Assembly: GCA_035286465.1 (NCBI GenBank)
Contig: DATEDF010000124.1
Coordinates: 3,242-67,241 of the forward strand
DNA: 64,000 bases
Source of the DNA: Gemmatimonadaceae bacterium
Lineage (GTDB): Bacteria > Gemmatimonadota > Gemmatimonadetes > Gemmatimonadales > Gemmatimonadaceae
Direction: 5' to 3'
Translations under genes and position numbers: made by a program
Notes under the pieces: model-generated
Seen by the model: only the letters and a program-made list of their open reading frames with translations
What the model was told of the DNA's origin: nothing
Databases searched by the model: none
Shown: piece by piece, positions 7,445 to 16,035 of the stretch
How positions within the stretch are numbered: the stretch's first letter is position 1
Layout: each line of letters begins with the position of its first letter

Positions 7445-8428
7445 GTGCGCCCACCACTCGAGCCGCTCTCCCTCGCCGACGTCCACGCCGCTCGCGAGCG
7501 CATCGCCGGCGCCGTGGTCCGTACGCCGCTCCTCCGGCTGCCGGTGGACGCGCCCGCGGAGATCCACCTCAAACTGGAGAACCTCCAGCCGATCGGCTCC
7601 TTCAAGCTGCGCGGCGCGTTGAACGCGATGCGCGCGCTGCCGGCCGACCGCCTGCGCGAGGGCGTCTACACGGCGAGCGCCGGCAACATGGCGCAGGGAC
7701 TCGCGTGGGCCGCGCGCGAGCTGGGCGTGCCCTGCCGCATCGTCGCGCCCGACCACATTCCGGAGACCAAGGCCCGCGCCATCGAGCGGCTCGGTGCGAC
7801 GGTGCGGCGCGTGCCGTTCGCGGCGTGGTGGGAGGCGATCCTCGCGCACGAAGTGCCCGGCGAGCCCGGCGTCTTCATCCATCCCGGCGCCGACCGCGCG
7901 GTGATGGCCGGGAACGCGACCATCGGGCTCGAGATTCTCGAGGCGTTGCCCGACGTGGACGCGATCCTCGTGCCCTACGGCAGCGGCGGGCTCGCCTGCG
8001 GAATCGCGTGCGCCGCGCACGCGCTCCGGCCCGGGGTGAGGACGTATGCGTGCGAGCTGGAGGGACGCGCGCCGTTCGCGACTTCGCTCGCGGCGGGCCG
8101 CCCCGCGAGCATCGCATACACACCGTGCTTCGTGGACGGGATCGGCGGCAAGAGCGTGCTCGAGGAGATGTGGCCGCTCGCGCGCGCCGTGCTCGCCGGC
8201 TCGCTGACGGCGACGCTCGCCGAGGTGGCCGACGCGGTACGCGTGATTGCCGAGCGTGCGCGCGTGATCGCCGAGGGCGCAGGCGCCGCGCCGGTGGCCG
8301 CCGCGCTGCGCGACTCCGCGTTCCCCCCCGGCGAGGCGAAGAGGCCCCGGCGCATCGCGTGCGTCGTCTCCGGTGGCAACATTGACTCGGCGAAACTGGC
8401 GACGATCCTCGCGGGCGGAATCCCGTAG
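7445..8428 (+). CDS. PLP-dependent serine/threonine dehydratase-family enzyme
   Basis: C-terminal 327 codons of track ORF 7178..8428. LENLQPIGSFKLRGA carries the PLP lysine. Also YTASAGNMAQGLA and PYGSGGLACG (glycine loop). Start GTG 7445 chosen. An in-frame TTG at 7403 is possible. Confidence 0.8.
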   Translation: MRPPLEPLSLADVHAARERIAGAVVRTPLLRLPVDAPAEIHLKLENLQPIGSFKLRGALNAMRALPADRLREGVYTASAGNMAQGLAWAARELGVPCRIVAPDHIPETKARAIERLGATVRRVPFAAWWEAILAHEVPGEPGVFIHPGADRAVMAGNATIGLEILEALPDVDAILVPYGSGGLACGIACAAHALRPGVRTYACELEGRAPFATSLAAGRPASIAYTPCFVDGIGGKSVLEEMWPLARAVLAGSLTATLAEVADAVRVIAERARVIAEGAGAAPVAAALRDSAFPPGEAKRPRRIACVVSGGNIDSAKLATILAGGIP

Positions 8429-8482
8429 CCGCCGTCGGCCGCCATCTATCACCTGCCGGCCGACTGCCGGCCGACTGCTGGC

Positions 8483-9358
8483 CTACAGCGCCTTCACCGC
8501 CGCTTCGATCTGCGTCGCGTTCCCGCTCACGACGTACGTGATCCGGCCATCCGCGCTGATGACGTACACGAGCGACGGATGGGACAGATCGCCGGTCTTC
8601 ACGTTCCGCACGCGGGGCACGCGCCACCGGTCGAGCGCGCGCTCCACCTCCTCCGGCGCGCCACTCAGCACGTGCGCGTCGCCCGTGATTCCCCACTGCA
8701 TCGCGATCGCCGGCAGCCGGCTCGGCGTGTCGCGCCACGGGTCGAGCGTCAGCACGAGCACCACCGGCGGCCGCGCGCCCAGCCGGTCGCGCGCGAGCAG
8801 GACGTCGGAGACGGTGAGCGGGCACACGGTCTCGCAGTGCGCGTAGGCGAACGTCACGAGCACCGGCCGGCCCCGGAACTGCTCGAGCCTCACCGTGCGA
8901 CCCGCCTGATCCGTGAGCGCCATCGCCGGCGGCGCGTCGTTCACGCGGGTGAGCTGCCGCGCGAGGTCGGCGGCCGGACTCGTGGCGAAGGGTTGCGCGC
9001 TGGCCTCGCGCACCCGGACCACCACGCCTCCGAGCCCGGCCACCAGGCCGGCGAGCGTCACGCCGACCACCACCTGCCCCGAGGCCCGCTGCAGCACTGC
9101 GCGCAACCCCTCACGGACCTCGCGACCCCACGCCGCATAGAGCACCAGCACCATCCCGAGCGGCTGCCCCACGAGCAGCAGCCAGCCGCCGGCGTTCGGC
9201 AGCCCGTCGAGCGCGGCGCCGAAACACACCAGGCGCGTGCGCGCCATCCAGCCGGGCGTCGCCGCGCTCATCGGCCACAAGGCGAGCGCCCACCACGAGG
9301 CGGTGATCACGAGGATCAGCGCCAGCGCGGCGAGCGCCGCCTTGCCCGGCCGGGACAT
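8483..9358 (-). CDS. SCO1/SenC copper chaperone with extra N-terminal multi-TM domain
   Basis: Track ORF 8483..9475. ATG 9358 (MSRPGKAALAAL..) lies 2 nt after the oxidase I stop. Thioredoxin-fold CxxxC motif FAYAHCETVCP, and a distal His in DLSHPSLVYVI. Confidence 0.8.
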   Translation of the reverse strand: MSRPGKAALAALALILVITASWWALALWPMSAATPGWMARTRLVCFGAALDGLPNAGGWLLLVGQPLGMVLVLYAAWGREVREGLRAVLQRASGQVVVGVTLAGLVAGLGGVVVRVREASAQPFATSPAADLARQLTRVNDAPPAMALTDQAGRTVRLEQFRGRPVLVTFAYAHCETVCPLTVSDVLLARDRLGARPPVVLVLTLDPWRDTPSRLPAIAMQWGITGDAHVLSGAPEEVERALDRWRVPRVRNVKTGDLSHPSLVYVISADGRITYVVSGNATQIEAAVKAL

Positions 9359-9360
9359 CG

Positions 9361-11112
9361 TCAGCCGATCTTCCATACCGCCGAGAGAATCTTCCAGTTC
9401 GTGAAGAAATAGAGCGCGAACGCCGCGAGGAAGACGAGCACGAACACCATCGTGCCCGGCGCCGGCCCCATCCACCCCTTCGCCGCACCGTGCAGCTCGG
9501 CGTTCCGCTTCTCCACGTCGGCCGCGTGCACGGGCGGATTCCAGATGCCCTGCGGCACGCCGACCATCGCGACGCCCTTGGTGATGACGCCGAGCGGCTC
9601 ACCGAAGAACACCGACTTGACCGCGATCGCGATGAAGATGAACGCGGCCGTGGCGGCCATCACGCCGCCGAGGGCGACAAAGGCCAGAATGAGATCCACC
9701 GCGGGATTGAAGGGCACGGTGAACGCGGCCTGGCTGAAGGTGATGTCCCAGTGCCGGCGCGGGACGCCGAAGCTCCCCGCGAACGTCATCGCCAGCGTGA
9801 AGATGGCCATCCCGCCGGCGAAGAGATACGGCTGGATCTTCGCGAGCGTCCAGAACGCCACCTTCTTCCGGAACACGAGCGGGATCAGGTAGTACGTCGC
9901 CCCCATGAAGGCCAGCGCCGTGCCGAGCGCGACCGTGGCGTGGAAGTGCCCGGGCGAGCGCAGCGTGTTGTGCACGATGATGTTGATCTGCTCCGTGCCG
10001 ATCGTCACGCCCGTGATGCCGCCGATGAAGCCGAACCCCACGACCGAGAACACGAGCGAGCTGAAGCCGGGATCGCCCCACGGCGCCCGCCGCAGCCAGT
10101 CGAACATCCCGCGCGTGAACCCGCGCAGCCGCATCCCCAGCTCCATCCCCGCGGGCACCGTGAACCCGTGAATCATCGAGGCGAGCACCGCCATGTACAT
10201 GAAGTAGCTCGTGTTCGCCACTTTCCACGCCGGCCCCATCCCCGGATCCACCAGCAGGTGGTGCGCCGACGCCATCGAGATGAACAGGATGTAGAGCACG
10301 AACGCCGAGCGGCTGATCTTCTCGTTGAGCACCACCGCGCCGATGGTGAGGGCCCCGAGCATGTACCAGAGCGCCACCATCGCGGCGACGTTGATCTGCT
10401 GCGACGAGTGGCCGAGCGCCCACCAGATGAGCCGGTAGACCTCGGGATCCACCTTCATCAGGCCCAGCGACCAGAGGAAGGTCGGGATGTAGATGATCGC
10501 GCCGTGGACGAGCGTGATCACGGCGATGATCGCCGCGGTCATCGCCCCGTACACGACCAGGGGCAGCGATCCCTCGTAGCGCTTCTCCCGTTTGGCGACC
10601 ACGAGGTTCGCGAAGAAGATCCCCGTGACGATCAGCGCGCCGACCGCGAAGAGGATGATGCCGAGGTAGAACGCCGGATGCGCGCGCAACGGCACGTAGG
10701 ACGTGAAGAGCACGTCGGCCTTGCCGGCCCACATCAGCACCTCGACCATCAGGGTGCCCACCAGCATGAGCGCGAAGGAGAACCAGGAGAGCCCGGGTGC
10801 GCAACAGCGGGCGTTGACCAGCGCGGTGCTCGCGAAGTGCAGCACCGCCATCTCGAAGAAGATGATCCAGAAGATGAGCATGCTCATCCCGTGCACGCCG
10901 AGGATCCGGTAGAACCAGTCCGCCGGCAGGAGGTGCACGGCCTGCCACCGCGTGAGTACGACCAGCACCGCGGCGGCCGCGCCGACGAGCAGCGCGACGA
11001 CCGCCACGACGGCGTTCACCCGGACCAGCAGCTCCGCCTTGTCGTGGATCCTGAGACCCGTGACGCCGCACGTGCGGAAGACGGCGGCTGGTCTTGCGGC
11101 CGGGGCGGTCAT
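9361..11112 (-). CDS. Heme-copper oxidoreductase catalytic subunit I, B-family (ba3)-like, with an atypical active-site motif
   Basis: Track ORF 583 aa, about 12 TM. His ligands: GVHGMS, WWALGH, SAHHLLVDPG, PGHFHATV. The helix-VI motif is GHSSQQ instead of GHPxVY. ATGA overlap with subunit II. Confidence 0.9.
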   Translation of the reverse strand: MTAPAARPAAVFRTCGVTGLRIHDKAELLVRVNAVVAVVALLVGAAAAVLVVLTRWQAVHLLPADWFYRILGVHGMSMLIFWIIFFEMAVLHFASTALVNARCCAPGLSWFSFALMLVGTLMVEVLMWAGKADVLFTSYVPLRAHPAFYLGIILFAVGALIVTGIFFANLVVAKREKRYEGSLPLVVYGAMTAAIIAVITLVHGAIIYIPTFLWSLGLMKVDPEVYRLIWWALGHSSQQINVAAMVALWYMLGALTIGAVVLNEKISRSAFVLYILFISMASAHHLLVDPGMGPAWKVANTSYFMYMAVLASMIHGFTVPAGMELGMRLRGFTRGMFDWLRRAPWGDPGFSSLVFSVVGFGFIGGITGVTIGTEQINIIVHNTLRSPGHFHATVALGTALAFMGATYYLIPLVFRKKVAFWTLAKIQPYLFAGGMAIFTLAMTFAGSFGVPRRHWDITFSQAAFTVPFNPAVDLILAFVALGGVMAATAAFIFIAIAVKSVFFGEPLGVITKGVAMVGVPQGIWNPPVHAADVEKRNAELHGAAKGWMGPAPGTMVFVLVFLAAFALYFFTNWKILSAVWKIG

Positions 11113-11702
11113 CGGACACCTCCCGAACCGCTCGGCGCGACCGGCGCCGCGGCCGGCGCCTCCTCGACGATCACGCGACCGACCATCGTGTGATGGCCGA
11201 TGCCGCAGAACTCGTTGCAGATGATGCGGAAGTCACCCGCCGAGGTCGGCGTGACGCGCAGGCCGTAGTCGTAACCCGGCACGATCTGGAAGTTCACGTT
11301 GATCGGATAGAGCCCGAACCCGTGGTTCATGTCGAGCGACGAGAGGTGGAGCGTGTACTCCTTCCCCTTCTGCAGCTTGAGGATCGGCGTCCACTGGAAG
11401 GTCATCGCCGCGAGGTAGACGTCCGCGCCGGGCGGCGGCGCCACGATCGGCATGCCGCGATCCTCGCCGACCTTGTACTGCGCGATGAACTCGTTGGTCC
11501 GCTTGAAATAGGCCTCGGGCGTGGTGCGACGCCGGATGCCCGAGGGGTTCTGGCCGCCCTTCCAGTGCCAGAGCGGCATCATGGCGAAGAGCACCATGCA
11601 CCAGGCGAAGGCGATGGCGACCCACGTCTTTTCCGCCTTGTGCGCGGGCTTCCACCAGACGCCCTTGGGCGAGTCGAGGCCCGTGTGTGTGTCAATGTGC
11701 AT
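11109..11702 (-). CDS. Heme-copper oxidase subunit II with CuA centre
   Basis: Track ORF 197 aa. One N-terminal TM helix, a cupredoxin domain, and CuA ligands in SLDMNHGF and ICNEFCGIGHHTM. Confidence 0.9.
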   Translation of the reverse strand: MHIDTHTGLDSPKGVWWKPAHKAEKTWVAIAFAWCMVLFAMMPLWHWKGGQNPSGIRRRTTPEAYFKRTNEFIAQYKVGEDRGMPIVAPPPGADVYLAAMTFQWTPILKLQKGKEYTLHLSSLDMNHGFGLYPINVNFQIVPGYDYGLRVTPTSAGDFRIICNEFCGIGHHTMVGRVIVEEAPAAAPVAPSGSGGVR

Positions 11703-11711
11703 GGGCGCGCC

Positions 11712-11882
11712 TCACGGGAGAGTCGCCGGGGGGAGAGTGAGGATTTCCCACATCCCCCAGCCGGTGAAGATGACGAACATGATGACCACGCCGAGCACGA
11801 GCAGCAGGAACATGTTGTCGAACAGGCGCTGGCCGAGCGGAATGGGCTCCTGCGGCGACTCCTTGGGTGTTGGATCGGGCAT
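11712..11882 (-). CDS. Small single-TM protein (56 aa), candidate oxidase subunit IIa-like accessory subunit
   Basis: Below the track size cutoff. My translation: MPDPTPKESPQEPIPLGQRLFDNMFLLLVLGVVIMFVIFTGWGMWEILTLPPATLP. ACGGAG lies 7 nt upstream of the ATG. The stop is 9 nt before the subunit II ATG. GC3 is high. Confidence 0.5.
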   Translation of the reverse strand: MPDPTPKESPQEPIPLGQRLFDNMFLLLVLGVVIMFVIFTGWGMWEILTLPPATLP

Positions 11883-11969
11883 GGGCGCTCCGTCTTCCGA
11901 AGGTCTATTTTCCTGCAGGGCTTTTCACGGGCGGGACAAGCGACGACATTATAGCACAAAAAGTGGTAT

Positions 11970-13637
11970 GTGCCATACTTGTTTTCCAGTAAAGTAACCG
12001 TCTCGCCGGGCACGCACGCCCGAACTCTCGCCCATCCCATCCGGCCGACTCGCCCGATCGCCGCTCCCGTGGCCGCCCCTTCCCGCCCCACCGAACGCGT
12101 CGCCGAACGCGCGCTCATCGCGCTCGACGCCGTGTGCAACCGTCTGTACGGCTGGCGGGGCAACCCGCTCTACCAGAGCGGCACGATCGTCTTCGCGCTC
12201 TTCCTGGTGCTGCTCGCCACGGGACTCTGGCTGATCTTCTTCTACCGGGTGGGAGCGCCGTACGCGTCGGTGGCGCGCCTGACGGCGAACCCGTGGATCG
12301 GCAACTGGGTGCGCGGCTTCCATCGCTACGCGAGCGACGCCGCCGTGGTCGCCGCGCTGGTGCACGCGGTCCGGATGTATGCGCAGGGCCGGAGCTGGGG
12401 CCCGCGCGCGCTCGCCTGGATGACGGGCGTGCTGATGCTCATCGTCGTATTCATCTGCGGGTGGACCGGCTACGTGATGGTGTGGGACACTTTCGGCGAG
12501 CTGCTCGCGCGCGAGGGGGCGCGGATGCTCGACACGCTGCCGGTGCTCTCCGAGCCTACCGCGCGGGTGTTCACCGGCGAGCGGCCGATTCCGAGCGTCT
12601 TCTTCTTCCTCAACCTGTTCGCGCACGTCGGGCTGCCGCTCGCGCTCTTCGGCGGGCTCTGGCTGCACGTCTCGCGCGTGGCGCGCTCGGCGCTCCTCCC
12701 GCCGCGGCCGCTGCTCTGGAGCGTGATCGGGCTGCTCTTCGCGCTCTCGGTCGTACGCCCGCTCGCGATGGCGCCCGAGGCGAATCCATTCCGGCTTGCG
12801 GACGCGGTGCCGGCCGACTGGTTCTACGCCTTCTGGCTGCCGCTCTCGCGCTCGCTCGCCGCCGGTCCCGCGCTCGCGGGCGCGGTGCTGACGGCGCTCG
12901 CGCTCCTGCTCCTGCCCGTCGCCACGCGGCGGCGCGGGGCGTCGGCGCCGCCGCCGTCGCAGGTGGACGAGAGCCTCTGCACCGGCTGCCGCCAGTGCTT
13001 CGCCGACTGTCCGTACGAAGCCATCACGATGCGCACGCGCGCGGACGGCCGGGCCGACGAGGTGGCGCACGTCACGGGCGACCGTTGCGTGAGCTGCGGG
13101 ATCTGCGCGGGCTCGTGCGCGCCGATGGGCGTCGGTCCGCCGGGCCGCACGGGCCGCGACCAGCTCGAGCGCGTGCGGGAGTATCTCGCGCGAGCGGAGC
13201 CCGGGGCCGGCACGATCGTCGCCGTCTGTTGCGCGCGCGGCGCGGCGCGCTTCGGCCATCTGCTGGCCGCCGACGGCGCTGCGCTCCATCCTGTGGACTG
13301 CGCGGGGAACCTGCACACATCGGCGATCGAGCTGCTCATTCGCGGCGGCGCCGGGGGCGTGCTGGTGCTGGCCTGTCCTCCGCGCGACTGTTGGAACCGG
13401 GAGGGGCCGCGCTGGCTGATGGAGCGCATCTATCACGACCGGGAGGCGGAGCTGCAGCCACGGGTGGACCGGCGTCGCGTGCGCGTCGCGTACGCGAACG
13501 CCGGCGAGCCGAGCGCGGCATTGGCGGCGCTGCGCGAGTTCGCGGCGCAGGTCGCGGCGCTGGGCGCGACCACCGCGGAAGGGGCCGTCGAGCTCGAGGC
13601 GGTCTGCGAGCCGGCACCGGTGGCGGAGCGCTCGTGA
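11970..13637 (+). CDS. Fusion protein: cytochrome b (N-terminal, 4-5 TM) + 2x[4Fe-4S] ferredoxin + MvhD/FlpD-like domain
   Basis: Track ORF 555 aa. Cytochrome b signatures FHRYASDAAVVAALVHAVRMY, W..GV..L....GY...WD and FFFLNLFAHVGLPLALFGGLWLH. Ferredoxin motifs CTGCRQCFADCP and CVSCGICAGSCAP. MvhD-like IVAVCCARG...VDCAGN...GGAGGVLVLACPPRDCWNREG. The start is uncertain (GTG 11970 in an AT-rich spacer, or in-frame GTG 12069). Confidence 0.8.
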   Translation: MPYLFSSKVTVSPGTHARTLAHPIRPTRPIAAPVAAPSRPTERVAERALIALDAVCNRLYGWRGNPLYQSGTIVFALFLVLLATGLWLIFFYRVGAPYASVARLTANPWIGNWVRGFHRYASDAAVVAALVHAVRMYAQGRSWGPRALAWMTGVLMLIVVFICGWTGYVMVWDTFGELLAREGARMLDTLPVLSEPTARVFTGERPIPSVFFFLNLFAHVGLPLALFGGLWLHVSRVARSALLPPRPLLWSVIGLLFALSVVRPLAMAPEANPFRLADAVPADWFYAFWLPLSRSLAAGPALAGAVLTALALLLLPVATRRRGASAPPPSQVDESLCTGCRQCFADCPYEAITMRTRADGRADEVAHVTGDRCVSCGICAGSCAPMGVGPPGRTGRDQLERVREYLARAEPGAGTIVAVCCARGAARFGHLLAADGAALHPVDCAGNLHTSAIELLIRGGAGGVLVLACPPRDCWNREGPRWLMERIYHDREAELQPRVDRRRVRVAYANAGEPSAALAALREFAAQVAALGATTAEGAVELEAVCEPAPVAERS

Positions 13638-14263
13638 ACACGCTCCCCCGCGCGGCCGGCGCCGCGCTCGCCATCGTCCTCACGCTCGCGCTCGGGTGGG
13701 CGTCCGACGCCCCGATGCCCGCGTTCCGACCCACGGACGCGGTGGTGCGCGTGAGCTGGGGCGCCCGCCCCGAGCGCATCGAGACGTGCCGCACGCAGAG
13801 CGACGAGGAGCTGGCGAAGCTGATGCCGCAGATGCGGCAGCGCGTCGTGTGCGAGGGGACCACCGCGCGCTACCGGCTCGAGGTGCGCCACGACGGCCGT
13901 CTGCTCGCGTCGCAGGAGGTGCGCGGCGGCGGGCTGCGCCACGATCGCGAGCTCTATGTCTTCCGCGAGTTGCGGGTGCCGCCGGGCCCGTCCTCGCTCG
14001 ACGTGCGCTTCGTGCGGCTCGACTCCGTCCCGGCGGAACGGGAGGACGCGCGCGAGCGCGGGCCAGGCGCGGACAGCGCGAGCGGCGGCATCTCCCCGGA
14101 GCGCGTGCGCCGCGAAACCGAAGAGCGCCGGCGGCGCCGCGAGGAGGCCGTGCCGGCATCGCTCGCGCTCCGCTCCGACGTCACGCTCCGGCCCCGTGAG
14201 GTGTTGCTGGTGACCTACGACGCCGAGGCGCGCCGGCTCGTCGCTGTGCGGCGCACGCCGTGA
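13634..14263 (+). CDS. Hypothetical signal-anchored protein (209 aa), no recognised domain
   Basis: C-terminal part of track ORF 12134..14263. GTG 13634 overlaps the upstream TGA (GTGA). N-terminus VNTLPRAAGAALAIVLTLALGW. High GC3. Its own stop overlaps the ctaA start (GTGA). Confidence 0.6.
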   Translation: MNTLPRAAGAALAIVLTLALGWASDAPMPAFRPTDAVVRVSWGARPERIETCRTQSDEELAKLMPQMRQRVVCEGTTARYRLEVRHDGRLLASQEVRGGGLRHDRELYVFRELRVPPGPSSLDVRFVRLDSVPAEREDARERGPGADSASGGISPERVRRETEERRRRREEAVPASLALRSDVTLRPREVLLVTYDAEARRLVAVRRTP

Positions 14264-15375
14264 AACGTACGCTCGGCCGCGTCCTCGCCGTCTGGGCCGC
14301 GATGGTCGCGCTCCTCGTTCTCATCGGCGGCGCCACGCGCCTCACCGAGAGCGGCCTCTCGATCACCGAGTGGAAGCCGGTGAGCGGCGTCGTCCCGCCG
14401 CTCGGCGACGCGGCGTGGGCCGAGGAGTTCGCGAAGTACCGGCAGATCCCCCAGTACCAGCAGCTCAACGCGGCGATGACGCTCGGCCAGTTCAAGGCGA
14501 TCTACCTCTGGGAGTACGCGCACCGGTTCTGGGCGCGAGTCGTCGGCGTCGCGCTCGTGCTCCCGCTGCTCTGGCTCGCCGCGCGGCGACGGCTCCCGCG
14601 CGACACGTGGCCGCGGCTCGTCGGCCTGCTCGTGCTTCTCGGCCTCCAAGGAGCCATGGGCTGGTGGATGGTCGTGAGCGGGCTCTCCGAACGCACGAGC
14701 GTGAGCCAGTACCGGCTCGCGGCGCATCTCGCGATGGCGCTCGTGATCTTCCTGTTCACGCTCTGGACGGCGGCGGGGCTTCTCGAGGAGCGGCCGGCGC
14801 CGCGCGAGCCGGGAGACGCGAGGGCTCGCGATGCCGCCGGTGCGGGGCACGGCACGCGGGGTTGGCGCGCTACGGGGGTTCGGCGCGCGCTCGTCGCGCT
14901 CCTGGCGCTCGTGTTCTTCACCGCCGTGACCGGCGCGTTCGTCGCGGGCCTCGACGCGGGAAAGATCTACAACACCTTCCCGCTGATGGGCGCCGGGCTC
15001 GTGCCCGCCGAGTACGGCCAGCTCCAGCCCGCGTGGAAGAACTTCTTCGAGAATCCGTCGGCGGTGCAGTTCAACCACCGGTGCGTCGCGATCGTGACAC
15101 TGGTCGTGGCCGTGCTGCTCTGGGCCAGGCTCCGGCGCGCGGGTGACGAACGTCTTGCGCGACGGATGGGGTACGTCCTCGCCGCGGCGCTGCTTCAGAT
15201 GGCGCTCGGCGTCGCGACGCTCCTCCTGAGCGTCCCCGTCTGGCTCGGCGTCGCGCACCAGGGCGGGATGCTCGTCCTGCTCACGGCTGCGCTGCTCGCG
15301 CTGCACGCGAGCCCGCGCGGGGAGGCGGTCAGACCCTCGCTGACGCCTGGAGATGCCGTCGCGCCGTCGGCGTGA
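14260..15375 (+). CDS. ctaA: Heme A synthase (COX15/CtaA family)
   Basis: Track ORF 371 aa. GGATRLTESGLSITEWKP, YLWEYAHRFWARV, FNHRCVAIV. Multi-TM. Confidence 0.85.
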   Translation: MKRTLGRVLAVWAAMVALLVLIGGATRLTESGLSITEWKPVSGVVPPLGDAAWAEEFAKYRQIPQYQQLNAAMTLGQFKAIYLWEYAHRFWARVVGVALVLPLLWLAARRRLPRDTWPRLVGLLVLLGLQGAMGWWMVVSGLSERTSVSQYRLAAHLAMALVIFLFTLWTAAGLLEERPAPREPGDARARDAAGAGHGTRGWRATGVRRALVALLALVFFTAVTGAFVAGLDAGKIYNTFPLMGAGLVPAEYGQLQPAWKNFFENPSAVQFNHRCVAIVTLVVAVLLWARLRRAGDERLARRMGYVLAAALLQMALGVATLLLSVPVWLGVAHQGGMLVLLTAALLALHASPRGEAVRPSLTPGDAVAPSA

Positions 15376-15404
15376 CGGGTGAACTCACCTCCCGGTGCTC
15401 AACG

Positions 15405-15617
15405 CTATGACTGCGGGAGAAACCAGTGGATGTAGCCGCAGCGAGCGCAGACGTAACATTCCGCGTTCGCGCCGGTCCACTCGAGATCGAAGAACGAGGC
15501 CACGGCCGAGTGGAGCTGCGCCCGCCGCTGATGGAACTCCGTGTGCTTGCAGATCTCACAGCGTAGCGCGAAGCCCGCGACGGTGGCGGGCTCGGGGTCT
15601 TTCTTGAAGAGGCCCAC
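15405..15617 (-). CDS. Small zinc-ribbon protein (70 aa)
   Basis: Track ORF. Two CxxC pairs (CEICKH ... CARCGY). GC is lower than the surroundings. No family assigned. Confidence 0.5.
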   Translation of the reverse strand: MGLFKKDPEPATVAGFALRCEICKHTEFHQRRAQLHSAVASFFDLEWTGANAECYVCARCGYIHWFLPQS

Positions 15618-15655
15618 GTTTCGCTCCTGGCAGCGGGGGTGCGCCGCGTCACGAA

Positions 15656-15844
15656 TCAGGTATCCTGCAGGACGATGACCTGGTGGATCACCGTGTACGG
15701 AATGAACGTGGGCCCGTTCGGCAGATCAATCAGGATGCCCGCGGTGTCCACCTCGATCAGCTTGCCCTGAATGGGCGGCTCCCCAGCGGTCGAGTAGATG
15801 ACATGGACCTGCTTGCCGCGCCATCTGGAAAGTGCGTCTGCCAT
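15656..15844 (-). CDS. Small hypothetical protein (62 aa)
   Basis: Track ORF MADALSRWRGKQVHVIYSTAGEPPIQGKLIEVDTAGILIDLPNGPTFIPYTVIHQVIVLQDT. Non-low-complexity, beta-rich composition, co-directional with the zinc-ribbon ORF. Confidence 0.45.
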   Translation of the reverse strand: MADALSRWRGKQVHVIYSTAGEPPIQGKLIEVDTAGILIDLPNGPTFIPYTVIHQVIVLQDT

Positions 15845-16035
15845 TTGGGCCGCCGGGACTGGGTCGCCGTCTCACAACAATTCTACAGCGGGAGCACGCG
15901 CTGTGGCCGAGCGATCACTGCATGCCGCTGCCCACGTATCCCCACGTTCGCGACGCACCCTCGGCTTCGCAAGGCGCGACGCCACGCGCGATTGCGGAGT
16001 GGGGTCAACGACCCGGACTCGCGCGGCCGAACCCG

